Source of the DNA: an uncultured delta proteobacterium
GTDB taxonomy: Bacteria; Myxococcota; Myxococcia; Myxococcales; Anaeromyxobacteraceae
DNA length: 17,236 nucleotides
Direction: 5' to 3'
NCBI GenBank assembly: GCA_963845515.1
Contig: CAWJSR010000054.1
Span: 1 to 17,236, forward strand
The position numbers and the translations under genes were made by a program. Below are positions 10,901-17,236 of this stretch, in pieces (position 1 is the first letter of the stretch; each line of letters opens with the position of its first letter). The notes under the pieces were generated by a model that worked only from the letters and a program-made list of their open reading frames with translations, searched no databases and was not told the DNA's origin.

Positions 10901-13134
10901 CCGCTACTTCGAGGAGGCGCTCAAGAAGGTGCCTGGCTACCTGGACGCGGCGCGGCCGCTCTCCGACATCTACGTCGCGACGCAGCAGTGGGATCACGCG
11001 GAGCGGATCCTGGACGGCATGGTCGCCGTGCTGGATGTCTCCGGCGACTCCAAGGAGCTCTGCCGGCAGGCCTACCGCCAGGGGTACGTGGCGGAGAAGC
11101 TCGGCAAGAAGGACAAGGCGCTCGCCGCCTACAGGCGCGCCTTCGACCTCGACGCGACCTACCTGCCGGCGCTGGAGGGGCTCGGCCACCTCCTCGTCGC
11201 GGCGGGTGAGCTCGAGGAGGCGATGCGGGTCTTCACCGCGATCCTGATCCACCATCGCGAGGGGCTCACGGACCTCGAGGTCGTCGAGACCAACTGGCAG
11301 ATCGGCGAGCTGGCCGCGAAGATGGGGCAGGCCGAGCGCGCCATCAACACGTTCAAGAAGGCGCTCGAGATCGACGCGAACCACGAGCCGTCGCGCCGCA
11401 GCCTCGCGCGGCTCATGCAGGAGGCGGGCGACTGGGAGGGGGCGGTGGAGCAGCTGCAGCGGCTCCTCCCCTCGATCGAGGGCGACGCGAAGGTCGAGAC
11501 GCTGGTCGCCATCGGCGAGGCGTGCCGCGACAGGCTCAAGGATCCGTACCAGGCGATCGACGCCTTCCTCGCAGCGGCGAAGGCGGATCCCTCCAGGATC
11601 GAGGTCGGGGAGGCCCTCCTCGGCCTGTACCGCGAGACGCGGCAGGGGCAGAAGGCGGCCGACGTCCTGGGCCAGGCCCTCGGCAGGCCGGAGGTCCAGG
11701 CGGACGCCGTCAGGGCGGCGAAGCTCCAGTTCTCTCTCGGCGAGACGCTCCGGGACGACGTGAAGGACGAGGCCGCGGCGATCGCGGCGTTCGAGCGCGC
11801 GCTCGACCTGAACCCGCGGCTGGTGGCCGCGTTCTCGGCGGTCGAGGAGATCCTCTCGCGGCAGAAGCGCTGGGACGATCTCGAGCAGACCTACGTCAGG
11901 ATGGTCCAGCGGCTCCCCAAGACGGCGGACGCAGCGCCGGCGCGGATCGGCCTCTGGAAGGCGCTCGGCGACCTCTACCGGAACGTCCTCCGCAACGAGG
12001 ACAGCGCCCGGCTCGCCTACCAGGTGGTCGTCAAGGCCGACCCGACCGACGTCGCCGCCGCGGAGCTCTACGCTGAGCTCGCGGCGAAGGTGCCGGGACA
12101 GGAGCACGAGGCGATCGGCGCCTACCGGCTGCTCGTGAAGCAGAGCCCGCGGCCGGCGAAGGCGGTCAGCGCGCTCGTGAGGCTGCTCGCGGCGCGAAAG
12201 GAGTACGACCGGGCCTTCAACGCCGCCCAGGTGGTCACCTTCCTGCTCGGCGGCGCGACCTCGGAGGAGCAGCAGGTCGTGGCGCGGCTGCGGAAGCTGG
12301 CGCGCGACCAGGCGGGGAGGGCACTCGACGACGAGAGCTGGCCGGCCCTGCTGCACGAGCGGCTCAAGGGGCCGCTCGCCGACATCATGACGGTGCTGGC
12401 GCATCCACGCCCGGCCGATGTTCGCGCAGTCACTCAAGGACCTCGGGCTCAACCCGAAGAAGGACGAGGTGGACGTCGAGGGCTCGATGCTCTTCTTCGT
12501 CAACATCTTCAAGTACGTCAGCCGCACGCTCGGCCTGCGCTCGGTGAGGCTCTACCGGCGCGACGACGTCCCGTCGCGGCTGCAGCTCGTCTCGACCGAG
12601 CCGGTCGGGCTGGTGGTGGCCGACCAGATGTTCGAGGAGCGGCCCAAGAAGGAGCTCTCCTTCCTGCTGGCGAAGGCGCTCGCCTTCGGGCGGCCGGAGC
12701 TCTTCATGGCGCGGCTGATGCCGCACGACCAGCTCGACCTGGTCTTCCAGGCCGCGTGCGCGCTCGGCACGTCGAAGTTCGTCGTGACTGCGGATCCGCA
12801 CATGGTCGAGAAGCTGAAGCGGACGCTGGAGAAGACGCTCCCGGAGAGCGTGGTCAAGAACACGCTCAAGCTGCTCGCCAGGAACTACTGCGCGGTGCAG
12901 CACGCGGGAGACGTCCGGAGCTTCATGGACGTCGCTGAGCTGACGGCGAACCGGGTCGGAGCCCTGATGGCGGGTGACCTCGACGTGGTCCGGAAGATGG
13001 TGACCGCCGAGAAGGCGCAGGTCTCGAAGCTCCGCGACGAGACGCAGCTCAAGGATCTCGCGCTCTTCTGCCTCTCGGACGAGTACGCGGCCCTGCGGGA
13101 GAGGCTCGGTCTGACGGTCGTGGTGCCAGGGTAG
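1952..13134 (+). CDS. agmK: Giant TPR-like repeat protein AgmK/GltI, interrupted by two +1 frameshifts (3726 aa once corrected); possibly a fusion of two ORFs joined near 5012-5075
   Basis: Continuous helical repeats (A...Y...L..DP....AL..LE.LY....W..L) run through three frames: 1952-~9950, ~9951-12401 and 12403-13134. At each junction the old frame degrades to Arg/Pro/Gly-rich text and the +1 frame carries on the repeats (RDL|APDEAGRLAWQLQ; TVLA|IHARPMFAQSL). 11183 nt minus 2 = 11181 nt = 3727 codons including stop. Synteny cglE-agmK-agmX. The GTG 1952 start has only a weak RBS. Confidence 0.8.
5762..7920 (+). repeat. Protein-level super-repeat in AgmK, period about 306-311 aa
   Basis: Equivalent blocks begin at 5762 (AIDAYAAIL), 6695 (AMDAYREVL) and 7613 (AVSCYEEVL), each followed by ...LE......GD......LE.[RK]. 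The 17-mer GAGATGGCCTTCCTCGC occurs at 6959 and 7874, and with one mismatch at 9380. Confidence 0.6.
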
Positions 13135-13141
13135 GAGCACG

Positions 13142-13171
13142 CGCCCTGAGCACCTCCTTGCGCTCGGGGCG
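13142..13171. other. GC-rich stem-loop just after the agmK stop, with no U-tract
   Basis: CGCCCTGAGC (13142-13151) pairs with GCTCGGGGCG (13162-13171), one G-U pair. Loop ACCTCCTTGC. Confidence 0.55.
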
Positions 13172-13186
13172 GACAAAAATTAAGAT
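13158..13186 (+). promoter_or_regulatory. Putative sigma70-type promoter for gltJ
   Basis: TTGCGC (13158-13163), 17-nt spacer containing an A5 tract, TAAGAT (13181-13186). This is a conspicuously AT-rich patch about 93 nt upstream of ATG 13280. Confidence 0.65.
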
Positions 13187-13279
13187 CGACGCGGACTTAC
13201 GGCCCGGCAGCGCCGAGCATATCGGCCCCCACGGGGGAAGAAGAGATCGAACCCGCATCCAGGGTCGTTCCAATAGGAC

Positions 13280-14954
13280 ATGAAATTCACCTGCGATAGC
13301 TGCAACGCGCAGTACATGATCTCCGACGACAAGGTCGGCCCCACTGGCGTGAAGGTCCGCTGCAAGAAGTGCGGACACGTCATCACGGTCCGCCGCGACG
13401 CCGGGGGCGATGCTGCGTCTCCCGCCTCCGCCCCAGCCACCGAGTCGGCGCCAGCTCAGACCGGTGACGGCCTCGACGCCGAGCTCGGCAGCGCCTTCGA
13501 CACCGCCTTCGGCGACAAGCCCCCCGAGCCCGACCTCGACAAGACTCAGGCGATGGGCTCCGAGGACGCGAAGAAGATCATCGACGCCCAGCCCTCGACC
13601 GAGTGGTACGTCGCGATCGGGGAGGCCCAGGTCGGGCCGCTCCCCATCGCCGACGTGAAGAGGAAGTGGGAGCAGGGGGACGTGGGACCGGACTCGCTCG
13701 TCTGGCGGCCCGGCATGGGCGACTGGTCGCCCCTCTCGACGGTCGCCGAGCTGGCGGCAGTCCTCTCGCCCGTCCCGCGCCCCACGCCTCGCGTGGCCGC
13801 GGCCCCCGCTGCGCAGAGGGTGGCCACCCCGGCCTTCGGCACGCCCGCGGCCGCCGCCCCGTCGACGGCCGCACCCGACGCGACCTGGAAGCCGGCCGGA
13901 GCCAGCGCCCTCGCGGCGCTGGCCAGCGAGGAGATCCAGTCCCGCGCGCCCGCGGCGCCGGAGGCTCCGAAGCCGGCGCAGAAGCCTGCGGGGGCGAGGT
14001 CGCTCGTCGAGCAGATGAACCTCGCCGATCAGGGCGGCGTCGAGCCGACCGGCGCGCTCCCCCTCTCGATCAAGGGGGTCGAGCGGACCGACGAGAGCCC
14101 GATCCGGCGCAAGTCGTCGGTCGCCACCCGGCAGGCGGAGATCCGGCAGAAGCGTGGCAACGCCCGCGTCGTCGTCGGCGTCATCGTGGCGGTGGTCGCC
14201 ATAGTGGCCGCCGGCGCCTTCGGCGTGATCACGTACCTCGACAAGAAGCTTCCAGCCGGCCTCGCGGCGCTCACCCAGGGCGTCGCGCAGCCGGAGCCGC
14301 CGCCGCCACCCGCACCCTGCGCCAGCGCCGGCGCCAGCGGTCGCCGCGGCACCGGCCCCGGTCGCGCCTCCGCCCGTCGCCGAGCCCGCTCCACCACCGG
14401 CTGCCGCGCCGGCTCCCGAGGCCGCGCCGCCCGCCCCGGCAAAGGGTGGAGCGAAGCTCGCCGCCGGCACGAGGACGGCCAAGGCGCCTCCGCTGCCTTC
14501 GCGGACCACGGTCGCCAGCCGGGAGCCCGAGCCCCCGCCGCCTCCTCCCCCGCCTAAGAAGAAGGGCGACTCGCTCCTCGACGGAATCGACGGTGGCGGC
14601 GACGACGCCCTGGCCGACGCGCTCGGGTCCGGTTCGTCCGGCCGGTCGGTCTACGTCCCGCCGAAGCCGGGGGGCAGCGCCGCGCTCCCGGCCCAGGTGA
14701 GCGACGGCCAGATCACCGAGGCCATCAAGGGCAAGTTCGACTCGCTCGCCACCTGCGGTGAGCAGCACTCCGTCGACGGCGTCGTGGTCATGCGCTGGGG
14801 CATCACGCCGGAGGGTGGCTCGCGCGACATCAAGTGCGCCCCGCCCTGCGCGAGCCAGCCGCTCGCCGGCTGCCTCGGCTCGGTCATCAAGGGCATCCGC
14901 TTCCCACGCTCGGTCAACGGCCGCTCCAGGGTCGAGTTCCCCTTCAAGTTCTAG
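13280..14954 (+). CDS. gltJ: Adventurous gliding motility protein GltJ/AgmX, interrupted by one +1 frameshift (557 aa once corrected)
   Basis: N-terminal zinc ribbon MKFTCDSCNAQYMISDDKVGPTGVKVRCKKCGH, GYF_2/DUF4339 domain from 13604 (WYVAIGEAQVGPL...SLVWRPGMGDWSPL), and TM helix VVVGVIVAVVAIVAAGAFGVITYL. Removing one C at 14315-14317 joins a Pro/Ala linker (PAPAPAPAVAAAPAP...PPPPPPPKKKGDSLLDG) in frame to the C-terminal TonB-C-like domain ending RVEFPFKF (stop 14952-14954). 1675-1 = 1674 nt. Confidence 0.85.
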
Positions 14955-15002
14955 CGGGGCGCGCCGGGGGGGTCCCCGCCTCGCCGGATTGGACGGGAGT
15001 CG

Positions 15003-16130
15003 ATGTCAGGGAAGCCGACGCCGGAGCCGGTCACGGGTTCGAGGCCGCAGCTCAGGCCCGTGGAGAAGATGGTGGTCCGCGAGCTGGAGACCCTCCGGCT
15101 CGTGCTCCGCGGCGGCTCGGTCGTCGACTGGCGCCGGCTCGACTTCGAGACGCGCGACGAGGTCGATCGCTTCCTCGCCATCAACCTCTTCGACCTCTCG
15201 GACCACCGCGACGAGCGGCGCGTACGGTCGATCCTCGCGCAGGCGGTGGAGTACCTCCGGAGGGTCTTCGGGTATCGGGTGGCAGACGTGGTCGCCCACC
15301 CGGCCGACCTGCGCGACCTCTTCCTGCTCGCGGCCGGAGCGATCGAGCCCAAGCGCTACCGGCGGATCGCGTGCGTCGTGCTCAAGGTGATGCACGTGGT
15401 GCAGCACCTCGAGGCGCGCGAGCTCCTCTTCCGGACGCCGGTGAGGGAGGCGGATCTCGCGGAGAAGGTCGACCAGCGCGTCAGCGCCGAGCTGACACGG
15501 CTGCGCAAGGCGGGGCTGCCGATAGTCGAGTTCGGCGGAAACGTGAAGCCGCGCCACTCGCTGATGACGAAGCTCATCGCGAAGAAGGAGACGCTGGCGG
15601 CCCAGATCTTCGATCGGCTCCGCTTCCGGATCGTGACCGAGCGGCGCGAGCAGATCCCGGCCGTCGTGCTCCAGCTCACCGAGAGCCTCTTCCCCTTCAA
15701 CCACACCGTCCCCGGCCAGACGCAGAACAACCTGGTCGACTTCAGCGAGCTGCTGAGGGGCCACCCGGACGGTCCGGAGATCGGCGCGGCGCTCCAGTTT
15801 CCGCACGACGAGGAGGAGCCGGATCCCGCCACGCCGCAGAACGACCTGAGCGGCAGGGCCTACCGCGTGCTGAACTTCATCGTGGACGTACCGGTCAGGA
15901 TCGACGAGTTCATCCCGCGCGCGGCCAGCGTGACCGAGGACCTCGGCCGGATCGTCTACATGGCGGTCGAGTTCCAGGTGGTGGACGCCGAGACGCAGCG
16001 CCACAACGAGGCCGGCGACAGCGCCCACGATCGCTACAAGCGGCGCCAGCTGAAGCGCGTGCTGCGCCGGCTCTCCCGCGGGCTGGTGGTGCCGAAGAAG
16101 AAGCCGCACCACCCGGGCAAGGCGGACTGA
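15003..16130 (+). CDS. TIGR04552-type myxobacterial protein with a divergent RelA/SpoT synthetase-like (nucleotidyltransferase) domain, 375 aa
   Basis: The N-terminus RELETLRLVLRGGSVVDWRRLDF is recognised from memory as TIGR04552-like. The C-terminal half has, in order, GNVKPRHSLMTK, QIFDRLRFRIVT, SGRAYRVLNFIV, VEFQVVD and NEAGDSAHDRYK. Strong GC3 bias. GGGAG at 14995-14999; an alternative ATG is at 15069. Confidence 0.75.
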   Translation: MSGKPTPEPVTGSRPQLRPVEKMVVRELETLRLVLRGGSVVDWRRLDFETRDEVDRFLAINLFDLSDHRDERRVRSILAQAVEYLRRVFGYRVADVVAHPADLRDLFLLAAGAIEPKRYRRIACVVLKVMHVVQHLEARELLFRTPVREADLAEKVDQRVSAELTRLRKAGLPIVEFGGNVKPRHSLMTKLIAKKETLAAQIFDRLRFRIVTERREQIPAVVLQLTESLFPFNHTVPGQTQNNLVDFSELLRGHPDGPEIGAALQFPHDEEEPDPATPQNDLSGRAYRVLNFIVDVPVRIDEFIPRAASVTEDLGRIVYMAVEFQVVDAETQRHNEAGDSAHDRYKRRQLKRVLRRLSRGLVVPKKKPHHPGKAD

Positions 16131-16133
16131 TCG

Positions 16134-16190
16134 CCCCCTCACCGGAGGGAACGCCTTCCGGTGTGTCCCCTCTCCCGCGATGGGGAGAGG
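16134..16190. repeat. REP-like double hairpin after the TIGR04552 gene; possible terminator or mRNA-stabilising element
   Basis: Hairpin 1: CACCGGAGGG (16140-16149), loop AACG, CCTTCCGGTG (16154-16163). Hairpin 2: CCTCTCCC (16169-16176) with GGGAGAGG (16183-16190). Single copy in this window and no U-tract. Confidence 0.5.
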
Positions 16191-16286
16191 AGCTGGCCGC
16201 CAGCGGTCCACCCCATCTGACCCGTGCGCCGGTTGGCCGGCCCCGACATCTACCGTCCCCAACGATCCTCGGAAAGGGGCCGAGCA

Positions 16287-17225
16287 ATGTCCAAGAACCT
16301 GAACGTGGTCCTCGGGGCCACCGGTCATGTGGGGAGCGTCGTCACCACGCGCCTGCTCGACGCCGGGAGGCCCGTCCGAGTGGTCGCGCGCAGCGCCGAC
16401 AAGCTCGCCACCTTCGTGGCGCGCGGAGCGGAGGCGACCCCAGGCTCGGTGGACGACAAGGCCTTCCTGCGCCGTGCGTTCGACGGCGCCCGCGCCGCCT
16501 TCGTCCTGGTGCCGCCGTTCCTGGGCAGCGGGATCCGCGCCTGGCAGGACCGGACGGCCGGCGCGATCGGTGACGCCCTGGAGGCGGCCGCAGTGCCGTA
16601 CGCGGTGGTGCTCTCATCCATCGGCGCCGAGCTCCAGACCGGCAACGGTCCGGTCGCCGGCCTCCATGTCCTCGAGCAGCGGCTCGATCGGATCCCCGGC
16701 CTCTCCTCCCTCTACCTCCGGCCCGGCTACTTCTTCGAGAACAACCTCGCCGCCATCGGGCTCATCAGGGCGCTTGGGGCGAACGGCGGCGCGCTCCGCC
16801 CAGACCTGAAGATGGCCCACATCGCCGCGCGCGACATCGGCGAGGTGGCGGCCCGTCGCATGGTGGCGCTCGACTGGAAGGGACACACGGTCCAGGAGCT
16901 GCATGGCCAGCGCGACCTGACCCTCGCCGAGGTGACCACTGCGCTCGGGGAGGCGATCGGCAGGCCCGACCTCCGGTACCTCCACCTCCCGTACGCCGAC
17001 GCACAGAAGGGCATGGTGCAGGCAGGGCTGCCCGAGGAGATGGCGGCGCTCTACATGGACATGTCGAAGGGCTTCAACGAGGGGAAGGTGAAGCCGACGC
17101 AGCCGCGCAGCCCGGCGAGCACCACCCCCACCTCGATCGAGCGCTGGGCGGCCGAGGTCTTCGCGCCGGCCTTCGAGGCGAGCGCGCCCCGCGAGGCGGC
17201 CGGGGCCCCCGCCACGCACCCGTAG
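16287..17225 (+). CDS. NmrA-family / atypical SDR NAD(P)H-binding oxidoreductase (312 aa)
   Basis: Rossmann motif VVLGATGHVG directly after ATG 16287, preceded by AAAGGGG (16273-16279), so the real start is 16287 rather than 16224. Further family motifs: VRVVARS, VVLSSIGA, LRPGYFFEN and IAARDIGEVAA. Stop TAG 17223-17225. Confidence 0.88.
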   Translation: MSKNLNVVLGATGHVGSVVTTRLLDAGRPVRVVARSADKLATFVARGAEATPGSVDDKAFLRRAFDGARAAFVLVPPFLGSGIRAWQDRTAGAIGDALEAAAVPYAVVLSSIGAELQTGNGPVAGLHVLEQRLDRIPGLSSLYLRPGYFFENNLAAIGLIRALGANGGALRPDLKMAHIAARDIGEVAARRMVALDWKGHTVQELHGQRDLTLAEVTTALGEAIGRPDLRYLHLPYADAQKGMVQAGLPEEMAALYMDMSKGFNEGKVKPTQPRSPASTTPTSIERWAAEVFAPAFEASAPREAAGAPATHP

Positions 17226-17236
17226 GGCGGTCGGTT

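Noticed and set aside
9957..11209. C-terminal ~420 aa of the 3085-aa ORF as a real Arg/Gly/Pro-rich domain
   Set aside because: Out-of-frame translation after the frameshift near 9950. The TPR-like repeats continue in the +1 frame.
9912..12938. 1008-aa, 238-aa (12418) and 85-aa (14697) ORFs as independent genes
   Set aside because: Each joins seamlessly to the upstream ORF on removing one base and lacks a convincing RBS. They are fragments of agmK and gltJ.
12430..13176. Minus-strand ORF with a perfect AAGGAGG (complement of 13153-13159) near an internal GTG
   Set aside because: The SD-to-GTG spacing is about 12 nt and the product is an antisense shadow of the agmK 3' end, so an antisense gene is not supported.
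14291..14556. CCG/GCG-rich low-complexity stretch as a repeat array
   Set aside because: It encodes the Pro/Ala periplasmic linker of GltJ.
16224..16286. Longer N-terminus for the NmrA protein, as given in the ORF track
   Set aside because: ATG 16287 has a purine-rich RBS and places the Rossmann motif at the N-terminus, as is usual for the family.
1..17236. CRISPR arrays, tRNA/rRNA genes, transposases, integrases or phage genes
   Set aside because: None seen. Intergenic gaps are all under 160 nt, with no repeat-spacer pattern or cloverleaf, and no ORF shows recombinase motifs.

Overview
High-GC myxobacterial DNA, probably Anaeromyxobacter-like (taxon inferred). All credible genes are on the + strand. 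Most of the window is the distal half of the Agl-Glt adventurous-gliding cluster in its Myxococcus order: gltG/pglI (5'-truncated), cglE/gltH (outer-membrane beta-barrel), agmK/gltI (giant TPR-like solenoid) and gltJ/agmX (zinc ribbon, GYF_2, TM helix, TonB-C-like domain). These are followed by a TIGR04552-type protein, a REP-like double hairpin and an NmrA-family oxidoreductase. agmK and gltJ carry three single-base (+1) frameshifts at about 9950-9956, 12401-12402 and 14315-14317. Removing them restores proteins of 3726 aa and 557 aa; sequencing error is the most likely cause. Best leads: (1) the protein after gltJ has all RelA/SpoT synthetase motifs in order, with substitutions at key positions, so it may be a divergent alarmone synthetase-like enzyme at the gliding locus; (2) a stretch at 5012-5074 inside agmK has intergenic-like codon usage, suggesting a read-through fusion of two genes; (3) the AgmK C-terminus resembles a catalytically dead M48 peptidase; (4) AgmK has a ~306-311 aa super-repeat; (5) gltJ has its own sigma70-like promoter overlapping a hairpin with an anti-Shine-Dalgarno loop. 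All family assignments come from motif recognition by eye; no searches were run.
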